Assembly: GCF_006345805.1 (NCBI RefSeq)
Contig: NC_043014.1
Coordinates: forward strand, 5,704,001-5,768,000
Length of the DNA: 64,000 bases
Direction of reading: 5' to 3'
DNA from: Octopus sinensis
Lineage: Eukaryota
Shown here: positions 27,301 through 39,910 of the stretch, piece after piece
Numbering within the stretch: position 1 is the first letter of the stretch
How the letters are laid out: every line of letters starts with the position of its first letter
Made by a program: the position numbers and the translations under genes
Notes under the pieces: model-generated
Seen by the model: the letters and a program-made list of their open reading frames with translations, nothing else
Database searches by the model: none
Told to the model about the DNA's origin: nothing

Positions 27301-28331
27301 AAAAACTGTTCTCAGTATTTAAGGAAGCTGACAAATACAAACAAGAAATCATACCACCTAATAAACACGAAGAAGAAGAAGAAGAGATGATGAAGAAGAA
27401 ACAACAAAAGCTATAAAACAAATGAAATCCAAAAAAAAATAGAACAGCAACGAACCATGATAAAACGATGGCAAGAAAAGCCCCTTCATGGTAAATACTG
27501 CACTAAACTAAACGCAAAAGAAATAGACAAAGGAAAATCCCAGCAATGGTTGAGAAGCTCAGGACTCAAAGCAGAAACAGAGGGATTTTTAATTGCAGCA
27601 CAAGACCAAAGCCTCCCCACCAGAAATTACCAAAAACATGTAATGAAAATAAATATTACAAGTAACTGCAGAATATGTGGAGATGGACAAGAAACAATAA
27701 ATCATATTATCTCTAGCTGCTCAGTCCTGGCTAAGAAGGAATATATTCACAGACATGACAGAGTTGGAACCTACATACATTGGAAGCTATGCCAACATTA
27801 TGGAATAACAACATAAAAAAGATGGTATAGGCACACACCAGAAAAGGTCACAGAAAACGAGAAAGCAACCATACTCTGGGATATGCCGATACACACAGAT
27901 AGAGAAATTAAGGCCAACAGACCAGATATAGTTGTCAGAGATCATGAAGAAAAAAAATGCTTTCTAATTGATGTATCAATACCGGCAGATGACAACGTGT
28001 CTCTAAAAGAAATGGAGAAACTCTCAAAATACAAAGACCTGGAAATAGAGGTAACTAGAATGTGGAATCTGAAAACAGAAACAATTCCTATCATAGTAGG
28101 TGCATTAGGCATGATAAAAAAATATTCAGACAAATACATAACAAAAACACCAGGACTTACAAACACATATAACATACAGAAAATTGCACTACTAGGCACT
28201 GCACACATCCATACGCAGAACACTTTCCATACAATAACCATCAGAGCATCACAACAAATCACAGCACATACCCAAGGCACACAGAGCTGCGCTCGGTAGT
28301 GAAGTGAAAGCACGCTATAAAAATAAAACTA

Positions 28332-28334
<3 letters not shown>
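24260..28334 (+). mobile_element. Near full-length R4/Dong-like non-LTR retrotransposon (RT + CCHC + restriction-like endonuclease), frameshifted
   Basis: KRRKWTREEY N-terminus; RT motifs PENYRPITCLPT, EEQKGCR, WINYKKAFDSIPH, FQGDTLSP, YMDDLKLYA; CRICGDGQETINHIISSC; RHD; NRPDIVV..LIDVSIP..EKLSKYKDL. Flanked on both sides by (AAT)n. The exact 5' boundary is uncertain. Confidence 0.9.
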
Positions 28335-28422
<88 letters not shown>

Positions 28423-28437
28423 TATAATATAATAATA

Positions 28438-28476
<39 letters not shown>

Positions 28477-28501
28477 TAATAATAATAATAATAATAATAA
28501 A

Positions 28502-29066
28502 TGCCCTGGCTAAATGCCCTGATGCAGTACCAGGCAGTGGCTCTCATGGCTACTGATCTTAACTGATTGGAAGTGTTATCATGTACATTGTTTTGTCTTG
28601 ATATAAAATGGGCTACAGCAAATATTCTGCTCAATACCACAGATTTGCTTGTCAGTTTTTTGACCTTAACCAGTTGAGTATGTCCCTTAGTGGCTGACGA
28701 TATGTGCATCTCTGATCACGAGCAGAGTAGTGGGGGAGCATCATAGCCATGTGTTGAGAGGGATTCTTTGGGGTTTGAATAATTCACCTCTGGAAACATG
28801 GGTGGTTCTTTCAACATCCTTAAACAACCCTTATTCAGGGACCTTTTGAGTGGGATGGGCTACTCAACCTGAAGAAAATTCTAACTGGGCCTCACCTGCA
28901 AGGTCATGTGCTGTTTATCTTGATATGAGATCACCATGTCGCGCACATATGGTTGTGATGCATGTGCCTGGTGTACCTTTACCAGACGGGTAGTCATGAT
29001 GGGTATATTGGGCTTCGTATATTTTACCCCAGTGTCACTTTGATGGCATGCACTGCTCTCTCACTC
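28502..29066. repeat. ~565-bp non-coding element embedded between (AAT)n tracts
   Basis: Complex-sequence island bounded on both sides by AAT repeats. No ORF. Confidence 0.55.
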
Positions 29067-29068
29067 AA

Positions 29069-29099
<31 letters not shown>

Positions 29100-29105
29100 A
29101 ATATA

Positions 29106-29145
<40 letters not shown>

Positions 29146-29147
29146 TT

Positions 29148-29363
29148 AAAAAAAATATTCAGACAAATACATAACAAAAACACCAGGACTTACAAACACA
29201 TATAACATACAGAAAATTGCACTACTAGGCACTGCACACATCCTACGCAGAACACTTTCCATACAATAACCATCAGAGCATCACAACAAATCACAGCACA
29301 TACCCAAGGCACAGAGAGCTGTGCTCGGTAGTGAAGTGAAAACACGCTATAAAAATAAAACTA

Positions 29364-29366
<3 letters not shown>
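29148..29366 (+). mobile_element. 5'-truncated copy of the Dong-like LINE 3' end
   Basis: Near identical to ~28117-28334 and ends identically, taaaactactg followed by (aat)n. Confidence 0.93.
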
Positions 29367-29439
<73 letters not shown>

Positions 29440-29921
29440 GTAATAATAATAATAATAATAACAACAACAACAATAATAATGATAATAATGATAATAATTG
29501 CAGTTGAAGTTGTAGGCAAAAGTCACTCTGTCCATTATTAGGTTGATGTTTAGCAGGAAATGTGGTCTATAAATGTACAACACTGACAGAAAATAGTAAC
29601 TTTGTTTATATAGCGTTATCAGTAAATGTGTATTGTAAATGTATTAAGCCTTAGGCTAATAGTACATCATTATCTTCGAAAATCTAGGAACTTATGGATA
29701 GTAATATCAATTTCAATCTTAAATGGGATTTAATGCGTAGAGCTCAACCGTACACAAAAAGCTGAATGGATGTAGACTTTCTTGTATAAAATTATATGAA
29801 TTTTTTTAAATATAGATATAAGAACAGCGTAATTAATAATAAATTAGATCTCAGACTATCATGTGTTTATAAGATTATTCGTATCTTTAGATATTTTAGA
29901 AGCTGATGAATATTTATTATA

Positions 29922-30319
29922 TCTTTATATATAAAAGTGAGGTTGTGTGCTGTCTGTCTCCTACGATTTAGATTCCTAACTACTCCCACATTTTGCGGTG
30001 CAGTTTAACCAAAACCGGGTATCTTATAGTCGTGATTCATATCGAGCCCTTCTGGGTATTCGCGCGCGTCTACGATAAGTCTACGATTAAAAAAAAAATT
30101 TACCATCAATTTTTCCCATTTTTAATGCATTTTTGGCATATATAAGGGAAGTAACTCTCTAAAAATGTATTATTAAATCTCAGAACGTAAAAAGCTACAG
30201 TAACCCCCCCCCCCTTTGTGGTTAGCCATATTGAGATGGCTATTATAATTTACATCTCTAAAAATGCTTATATAGTTATTTCCCTTACAAACCCGAGCAA
30301 CGCCGGGCGATGCTGCTAG
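29922..30319 (+). mobile_element. Non-autonomous Helitron
   Basis: 5' TC, subterminal hairpin cccgagcaacgccggg, 3' CTAG, inserted between A and T. Confidence 0.8.
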
Positions 30320-30358
<39 letters not shown>

Positions 30359-30360
<2 letters not shown>

Positions 30361-30684
30361 AGAACTCCGTCCGGTTACGACGACGAAGGTCCCAGCTGAT
30401 ATGATCAACGGAACAGCCTGCTCATGAAATTAACGTGCAGGTGGCTGAGCAATCCACAGACACGCGTACCCCTAACATAGTTCTCAGGGAGATTCAACGT
30501 GATACAAAGTGTGACAAGGTCGGCCCTTTGAAATACAGATGCAACTCATTTTTGCCAGCTGAGTGGACTGGAGCAACGTGAAATAAAGTGTCTTGCTCAA
30601 GGACACAGCGCATCGCCGGGAGTCGAACTCACGGCCTTACAATCGTGAGCCGAATGCCCTAACCACTAAGCTACGCGCCTTCAC
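30359..30684 (-). mobile_element. tRNA-derived SINE
   Basis: Minus strand: gtgaaggcgcgtagcttagtggttaggg...gagttcgactcc. Body shared with 3777-4116. Confidence 0.8.
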
Positions 30685-30823
30685 ATATATTCACATATAT
30701 TTATATATTGCGACTACAAACCTTTTTTTCTTTAACCCCGTTGATCTCTTAGTAATCATAAAATATACCTTCTATGTTCTGTTACTATCGTACCTCAACC
30801 CTTGTTCTTTGTTATATATAATA

Positions 30824-31212
30824 CTAGCAGTGTCGCCCGGCGTTGCTCGGGCTTGTAAGGGAAATAACTATATAAGCATTTTTAGAGATGTAAAGTATAA
30901 CAGCCATCTCAATATGGTTAACCACAAAGGGGGGGGGGTTACTGTAGCTTTTTACGTTCTCAGATTTAATAATACATTTTTAGAGAGTTACTTCCCTTAT
31001 ATATGCCAAAAATATGCATTAAAAATGGGAAAAAATTATGGTAAACTTTTTTTAAACATCGTAGACGCGCGCTAATATCCAGAAGGGCTCGATATGAATC
31101 ACGACTATAAGGGACCCGGTTTTGGTTAAACTGCACCGCAAAATTTGGGAGTAGTTAGGAATCTAAATCGTAGGAGACAGACAGCACACAACCTCACTTT
31201 TATATATAAAGA
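30824..31212 (-). mobile_element. Non-autonomous Helitron, inverted relative to 29922-30319
   Basis: Reverse complement of the copy at 29922, with the same termini. Confidence 0.8.
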
Positions 31213-31609
31213 TATGTTATTAACGTTTTCCTAATAATTAATTTTTACTTTTAATTCATCTGAATTATAACCTGGTATACTTATACCTTTTTCCATCTAG
31301 TATTACCAATTAATTAATATTCTGATTATCACTATTTATATTAGAATTCCATTATATTATATTCTTTATTTTAATTTTAAATTATCGTATTTCCTCTTTA
31401 TATATCTTTGTATAGCATCTCTTTATTGACTTACCTTTTTATAAATTTCTTTTTGAAAAATAAAATTTTTAAATATAATTGTTTATGATTGTTTTTATTA
31501 TAACTCTTCTCTTGGAAATTTTCTCTCATTTTCTCGTATATTCTAAAATATTTTTCGTAATTTTCGTATGTTTCATAATTACTTTGAAAGTTTAAATTTT
31601 ATTTTTATA

Positions 31610-32116
31610 CTAGCAGTATCGCCCGGCGTTGCTCGGGTTTGTAAGGGAAATAACTATATAAGCATTTTTAGAGAGTTACTTCCCTTATAAATTCGGGCTT
31701 TCTTAGCCATTTTTGTTTTGGTGTCTTCAAGCCATGAAGTCGTTGTTCTAAAAGAACGCTGGTTTCCTTCACAACGCATTACGACGTTGATTTCTTTACA
31801 CTCCCTTCCCCACAGCTTCACGAGGGAGGGAAGGGGGGAGAAGCAAACAGGTGCAGCTGTGAGCGTGGACGCCAACTCCGCCGCCATCGACACACGATGC
31901 ATTTTATGCATTAAAATGGAATAAAAAATGATGTTAAATTATTTTTAAAATCGTAGACTCATCGTTGACGCGCGCTAATAGTCAGACGGGCTCGATATGA
32001 ATCACGACTATAAGATACCCGAATTTGGTTAAACTGCACCGCAAAATGTGGGAGGAGTTAGGAATCTAAATCGAAGGGGACAGACACTCACACAACTAGA
32101 GTTTTATATATATAGA
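31610..32116 (-). mobile_element. Non-autonomous Helitron, related subfamily with a different internal segment
   Basis: Same CTAG and hairpin 3' end and TC 5' end; unique insert at ~31690-31910. Confidence 0.75.
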
Positions 32117-32429
32117 TATCTCACTGTTTACCGGAAGCGTAAAGTTATATTTTTATCCCACATTATATTTTATATATTTCGATTTGGCTATATTTTCATT
32201 CTTTCATATATACTTCCTTTATATTGCTTATATTTTTTAAAATTATATCTTATAATGATATTGGTCTACATTTTTATTTTTTATTTTTTATTTATACTTA
32301 AAAAGTTTTCTGCCATAAAAATCTGGTGGCAATTTATTTATAATTTTAAATTTTTTCCATAAAATTCGTTATATACTGCAATCTTTTATTATCATATATT
32401 GAATTATGTTATATCCCCTTATTTATTTC

Positions 32430-33055
32430 GTTTTTGGATTTGGTTTGCAAGATTCTTTATATGAGTTCGTGTGTTGAAGCATATTCTGTTGTGTCTGGGA
32501 AGAGTCATTCTCTTTTAGTACCTTATTATTTAACACACTCACAGGTAAAATTTCCATTTATTTCTTATTTTTACTTTCTAAAATTTTCGTTGCGTCTTGC
32601 AACCTTTTCAATAGTCTTAAATAGTTTAACCCTTTAGTGGTCGCATTATTCTACCAAAATTAATGATTTTTCATCCTCATTGTTTTGAACTAATCATGCA
32701 TTATCTTCTAGCTATGTGATTTTGATGAGGTAGCTGTTAATTTTTAAAACGATATTGTAGGGTTGGTGTGAAAGACCAGATCTGACCAGTTTGAACATAA
32801 AACAGGTAGAATACTTTTGTCCGGATATGGCCAGTTTAAATGCTAAAGGGTTAAGAATCAAGACTATTGAAAAGGTTGCAAGACGCAACGAAAATTTTAG
32901 AAAATAAAAATAAGAAATAAGTGGAAATTTTACCGGTGAGTGTGTTAAATAATAAGGCACTAAAAGAGAATGACTCTCCCCAGACATAACACAATCCCCT
33001 GTAAGTTGCAGAGTGTAGGTTTAAAAGATTCTGCGAGATATCCATTTTAGAACAT
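32430..33055. mobile_element. Fold-back element (~190-bp arms) with a MITE in its loop
   Basis: 32430-32618 is the reverse complement of ~32858-33055. Confidence 0.75.
32630..32850. mobile_element. piggyBac-like MITE
   Basis: TTAA|ccctttag...ctaaaggg|TTAA: CCC/GGG termini and a TTAA duplication. Confidence 0.75.
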
Positions 33056-33546
33056 AAACCTTTAAGCAATGTATCACCCTAGATCGAATGAAAGGGTCGA
33101 ATGGTTTGTGGATACTTTTAAGAGAGTTTTAACGAAGCTAATAAAGAAGCCATGGATGAGGTCACGATTCAACAATTCTTAAGAGTATACAGGGTAACCC
33201 CTAACCCAAATATGTCAGGAACAAGTTCACCGGCGGAACTAATGTTTGCCTGAAAGGTGAAGTCAGTATTCGATAAACTGTTACCAGAGAAGAAAAATAA
33301 GGTATGTGTAAGAAAGGCAAACAATACAGGGAAGAAGGAGAAATTGTAACATACATAGGAAAAAAAGATGTATGGTGTAAGAGGCAGAAATGGAATGGAA
33401 AGGAGACATAGAAATACCGATGGATTCGCTATAGGAAACTTTTCATGTTCCAACGTTGTTACAAGAAGACGAAAGCACACGTACAAGGAAAACGTAGAAC
33501 ATTAAATTACAAAAAGTAGACCCTAAGAAGAAAAGATATTGAGTGT

Positions 33547-33588
<42 letters not shown>

Positions 33589-33646
33589 TATATATTATAT
33601 ATATATATAATATATGTGTGTGTGTGGGGGTATTTAAGAAAGAATA

Positions 33647-34014
33647 GGTATTTCGTCTGCCGCTACGTTCTGAGTTCAAATTCCGCCGAGGTCGACTTTG
33701 CCTTTCATCCTTTCGGGGTCGATTGAATAAGTACCAGTTACGCAATGGGGTCGATGTAATCGACTTAATCCGTTTGTCTGTCCTTGTTTGTCCCCTCTAT
33801 GTTTAGCCCCTTGTGGGTAGTAAAGAAATAGGTATTTCGTCTGCCGCTACGTTCTGAGTTCAAATTCCGCCCAGGTCGACTTTGCCTTTCATCCTTTCGG
33901 GGTCGATTGAATAAGTACCAGTTACGCAATGGGGTCGATGTAATCGACTTAATCCGTTTGTCTGTCCTTGTTTGTCCTCTCTGCGTTTAGCCCCTTGTGG
34001 GTAGTAAAGAAATT
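33647..34014 (+). repeat. Two tandem 184-bp SINE-derived units; a related partial copy lies at ~34345-34520
   Basis: 33647-33830 and 33831-34014 are near identical and contain gagttcaaattcc (box-B-like). Confidence 0.85.
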
Positions 34015-34558
34015 GGTATCCGACAACTAGTAACTCTTTTGGCTACTAGCTTAAAACCGCAGCTACAGTACAACAGTGTCACACGTCACACCAGTGGGAG
34101 GAACCTACTTTACAAGAAATACTCCATATGATATTTATTTTCAAATAAATATTCAGAATTTTAGTCAATAGTTATAAAATCCTCTAAAGTGTTCTGCATT
34201 TGGTTATTACTGAAAAAGAGAAAGGAATATATTTGTCGCTGACACTATGTTGTACAGTTGTGTAATAAAAATAAAGATATTTTTCTTGTCAATAATAAAT
34301 TCTGTAACACGTTATAAGACATAGGTTGTTGTTTAATATTAAAATGATTTTCGTCAGTCTTAACGTTCTGAGATCAAATTCCGCCGATGTCGACCTTGCT
34401 TTTCATTATTTCGGGGTCGATAAATTAAGTACCAGTTGTGTACTGGGGTCGCTCTAATTGACTGACCCCCTTCCCTCAAATCTTCGGGCCTTCTACCTAG
34501 AGCAGAAACGAATATTAAAATGGTTTGTTAAAAGTGACTTTATACATACGTACGTGTG

Positions 34559-34643
34559 CGTTCAGGCTGCTTGTGGTTCATTGCCATGTCCACCGTATAT
34601 CAATGGTCAAGAATTAACCTGCGTTGTGTGCAGTAAATATTGA
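34559..34643 (+). pseudogene. Remnant 3' end of a short-chain collagen C4-like gene (array copy 1)
   Basis: VQAACGSLPCPPYINGQELTCVVCSKY* plus a downstream region homologous to 49790-50100 and 62150-62450. The upstream part is replaced by a SINE. Confidence 0.85.
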
Positions 34644-35401
34644 ATAGAAATTAAATTCGGTTCCATATGAAACTTTATGTCGGCGAATCATAAAATATAA
34701 TAAAGCAACATATACGTTTCTTGTAATTGTGTTTCGCAATATTTTATCCAACTAATATATGTCGTTAAATAAATTGCTGCTACAAGTTTTCAGAAAATAT
34801 TCAAAACGAAACAACAGAGAAGTCATAGAATGTGACAAATAGTTTAAGAGAACGATGTAATCCTCAGAGAATGATTCTAGAATATTTTGTATGAGGTTAA
34901 ATTTATCAAATTTAAATGTTGAAATAAAATGATGATTCGTTTAAATGTGTTTTGTATTCCGTCTTAAAATGAAAACAATCCCCAAATGAAACACCTCCGT
35001 ACAAATATATCACCCTTTCAGGATCAATCTTCAGAAAACACGATAAAAGCTTATAACTAACATCACTAAATCATGATGGGTTAATAAAAAAAACACTCCC
35101 AGGAATCATTTCACTTTACACGTGTCTCTCATTCATCAAAATATTTTGCTAATTATTGTCTGACAATATCAAACCATCTCTTTCCAATAATTAAACCTGT
35201 CAGACAAGTTCACGCCCACTTTTACAGTTCCACCAATCGCATTGGTTCATAAATTTACGATAAGATCTATGCCAGAGCTGGGTTGTTGTGCGCTCAATAA
35301 ATACGTGGAATTCAGTTACAGGTCTTCAGCTTATACCTCGCATCTCGATCTTTTGTTGAAGCCACACGAAGTATCACTTACGGCCGACAACTGTCACCAG
35401 A

Positions 35402-35545
35402 ATGGATTTCGCACAACTGTCCAGGAATATTTCGCAGCGTTATTCCATTTCTTCTCTCATAGCTTTTGGGGTTCTTCTCGTTCTGACGATCGTGATTCTT
35501 CATCAAGATTCAAGAATAGGAAAAATGGAAGAGAAATCGAAAACG
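35402..35545 (+). CDS. Putative exon 1 of C4-like copy 2 (signal anchor)
   Basis: MDFAQLSRNISQRYSISSLIAFGVLLVLTIVILHQDSRIGKMEEKSKT followed by gtaagt. Duplicated at 53635. Ends in phase 0, so its junction to the next exon is unresolved. Confidence 0.6.
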
Positions 35546-35846
35546 GTAAGTCATGGATTTTGTGTTAATATATGTATGTCTTTATGTATTTATATATGTA
35601 AGTATGCGTGCATGTATGTATGTATGTATGTATGTATGTATGTATGTATGTATGTATGTATGTATGCATCTTCGTATGTATGTATGAATATATGGATGTA
35701 TGTACGTACAGATGGATGGATGGACGGATGTATGCATGAACCATGTACATATGTTCCTATAGAGTACACACACATACGATCCATCACACTCGTAATCACA
35801 GAAAAACACACAGGCGCATATAACGAAACATACATATATGTATATA

Positions 35847-35921
<75 letters not shown>

Positions 35922-35935
35922 CATACATATATATA

Positions 35936-36018
<83 letters not shown>

Positions 36019-36390
36019 TTTAACAATTAAGGATAATCTCTTAATAAGGGATCTTAACAAGAAATTATCGGGTAGCTAGCGTGAAAACCTCATAAAGAAA
36101 AGAATCCGAAAATAATTTTTTTCTTTTGAACAAATTAATTATATCTATATTGTATAGAGGGCATTATTACACATAATGCCTCACACTAGGAGGGACAAAG
36201 TCATTACTACCAAATTATACTAATCATACCCAATGCAGTTTTTCAAAGCAAGACATTTAAAAACTGAATTTAGTTCTGTATCACCGTGATTTCACATTCA
36301 ACTTACGTCTTATGATCCTCAGCAGAACTGATTCTGAACACATATATATATATACAAATATAAATATGCGTGTGTGTATCTATCTATGTA

Positions 36391-36496
<106 letters not shown>

Positions 36497-37296
36497 CTGT
36501 GTGTGTGTATGTGTGTGTGTGTGTGTGTATAAATATATTCTTTTACACGTTTCAGTCATTTGACTACGGCCATGCTAGAGCACAGCGTTTAGTAGGACAA
36601 ATCGACTTCAGGAATTATTCTTTGTATCCCTAGTGCTCATTCTATCGGGATCTCTAGCCGAACCGCTATGTAACGGGGACGTAAACACACTGACATCAGT
36701 TGAGAAGCGATAGTGGTGCGACAATCATAGACAATCATAGATACAAACATACATACACACAAGTGTGTGTGTTTTTGTGTGTGTGTGTGTATGTGTGTGT
36801 TTGTGTGTGTGTGTATAGCATCCTTCTTTCAGTCTCAATCTACCAAATCTACTGACATGGCTCTGGTCAGCTCGAGGTTATAGTGGTAGGCATTCGTCCA
36901 ATTTTCTACGCAGTGGGACTGAACAGAATACCTTGTGGCGAAGAAGCAAGTATGGAAAAGGACCATATACGGAAAAATTTATATAATTACAAGAAAATAT
37001 TAGAAATAGCACTCAAAGGGCTACCATTTCTACCATTGTTGTAATAGAAATGGTAGCCCTTTGACTGCTATTTCTAATATTTTCGGTATGTGGTTGAAGC
37101 AACTTGTTGCCAAAATCCCTTATTATAATAAGGAGTGGCTGTGTGGTAAGTAGCTTGTTTACCAACCACATGGTCCCGGGTTCAGTCCCACTGCGTGGCA
37201 TCTTGGGCAAGTGTCTTCTGCTATAGCCCCGGGCCGACCAATGCCTTGTAAGTGGATTTGGTAGACAGAAACTGAAAGAAGCCTGTCGTATATATG

Positions 37297-37333
<37 letters not shown>

Positions 37334-37763
37334 GTTTGTACGTCTGTATTTGTCCCCCTAGCATTGCTTGACAACCGTCACTTAGCGGTTCGGCAAAAGA
37401 GACCGATAGAAAAAGTACTGGGCTTACAAAGAATAAGTCCTGGGGTCGAGTTGCTCGACTAAAGGCGGTGCCCCAGCTTGGCCGCAGTCAAATGACTGAA
37501 ACAAGTAAAAGAGTAAAGAGTATATACATATATCACCGTGACCGACCAGATGTTGCTACACATCGCTGGTCACAATGCGCTTCGCATTGTTTTAGCCTTC
37601 AAATGACGCCGCCCCGCTGGCTAAGCGAGCAGGTCAACAGAAGAAAGTGTGAGAGAAAGTTGTGGCGAAAGAGTACGGCAGGGATCGCGACCAACCCCAG
37701 CCCTCCTTAATTTGTATTCCATTTTATTTATCTATTTATCTATACATGGATATGTGTATGTAG

Positions 37764-37815
<52 letters not shown>

Positions 37816-38942
37816 CATATTTATTTTTTTAATTATTTATTGTTGTTTATTTGGCACTTACTAATCTATAATTAATTTAATTTATAATTAATAAACTTAT
37901 TCTAAATTAATAGTAACTTCTGTAGGTGTGTGAAAATGTGTATGTGTAAGTATATATGTTTTTGTACATATAGGTATGATCGTGGGTGGATGTACGGATG
38001 TATGTTTTTATTACACATATAAGCACGCAGGTGCGTGCTTGGATGTGTATATATGTATATGCGAATATTCATTCATGGGTAGATATAAATATGGGTTTTA
38101 CTTGTACGTATGAGTGCGCAGATATATATTTGAAAAAACATATATATATATATGTGTGTGTGCGAAAGTTCCCTGACACAGTATAGGAAAGTGTATTAAT
38201 ATTTATGCGTATATGCGGATGTGCGTGTGAGTATGTGTATTAGTGTTAGACACTGCTGCCTGTACTGATATGTATATAAGCAATACAATGACAGACATGC
38301 ACTCTCCAATATTGGAGAGATGTGTAGGGGTGTATTCATGTGTGTGTACATGTGTGTGTGAGTCTCTGTGTGGATGTATGGGTTTAGGGTTAGATGTGGA
38401 TGTGTATGTTTTGCTTGTACGGTGTGGTGGAGGTCGGGCGGTTCTCAATTGACCAACCGCGAGGAAGATAATGATAATTTTAAATTCAAATCCAATAGTA
38501 TATTTATGCCATAAGAAAAATTATTAACTGGAACACGGACATACATATATTCTGCTCTGGATCATAATGTAAGAGTTATTAATAATATTATGAATGATAA
38601 CAATGATAACATTAATTGTATTGACAACGATAATGATACTAACTTTAATGACACTTTGGAAACTATTATGAAGTAATATAATGTACTATTGACTATGTAT
38701 ATTTACATCTAAATATTAATTTGTGTATGTTTATTATCACAATATTAAGTCGAAAAACTGAGACATTTCGTGTGGAACACATATATATGTTTACTAATTT
38801 ATATTATTTATTTATATCATTATGTAAATGTATATTTTTTTTATATGTATAGGAGTGTGAGTATATACACTCATATGTATATATGTTGTATTGTGGGTAC
38901 GCACCCACACTCATGTGGGTATATGTGTAGACTGTGTTATAT

Positions 38943-39083
38943 TACATAATCTCCGAAGAGGCCTTGTGATATTTTTGTTAATGTCTCATTTATATCTATA
39001 TATTGACCAACCATAAAGGGCTAATATCGGTAAAATGAGACATAATTATCGACACGGCCGAAACAGCTGTAAGATCTAATGTA
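38943..39083 (+). ncRNA. Type I hammerhead motif (U4C) with a long stem II
   Basis: tacat a atct CCGAAGA ggcc..(92 nt including a tgtctcattt/aaatgagaca helix)..ggcc GAAAC AGCT GT A agat cta atgta. Confidence 0.72.
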
Positions 39084-39493
39084 TGCTTATATTTATATTT
39101 ACATGTGTTTATATTCTCTTTTATATATATTCTAATTATTATACAACATTACTCTTTTATGTACACTTTTTTATGTACATTCCTTTATGTACACTGATTT
39201 GTTCTGCTTTTTATATTTAACCCTACAGTCTCTTATGTGGTGGTTTAATAAAGTATGTGATTGAGTATTATCTGGTAATTGATATTTGATTTAGATGTGT
39301 TTCTCCATTTTCTTATCTTGTATTGGTAATTTGTGGTAAATCATTTTACCTTTGCCCATATAATACAGTAAATGAATTGATTGCATCGCAATCATTAATA
39401 TTTATGTATTAACTTTGTTGGGTACTTCACTAGCAGTATATTGGATATACGTTATCCAATAGAGGTTGCATTTACAACCCCTATCTCAATTTG

Positions 39494-39584
<91 letters not shown>

Positions 39585-39608
39585 CTGTGTGTGTGTGTGT
39601 GTGTGTGT

Positions 39609-39910
39609 GTGTGGAGGTGCAGTGGCCCAGTGGTTAGGGCAGCGGACTCACGGTTGTAGGATCGCGGTCTCGATTCCCAGACTGGGCGTTGTGAGTGTTT
39701 ATTGAGCGAAAACACCTAAAGCTCCACGAGGCTCAGGGAGTGGGTTGTTGTGATCACTGCTGTACTCTTTCGCTACAACCTTCTTCCCTTCGTCTGTTGG
39801 CCTGCTCGCTTAACCAACGGGGTGGCGTCATTTGAAGGCTAAAACAATGCGAAGCGCATTGTGACCAGCGATGTGTAGCAACAACTGATAGCCTGGTCGG
39901 TCACGGTGAT
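39609..39910 (+). mobile_element. tRNA-derived SINE; orthologous head at ~55515-55575 in the duplicate
   Basis: ggtgcagtggcccagtggttagggc...ctcgattcc. Tail related to 37530-37700 (opposite strand) and ~6400-6510. Confidence 0.8.
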
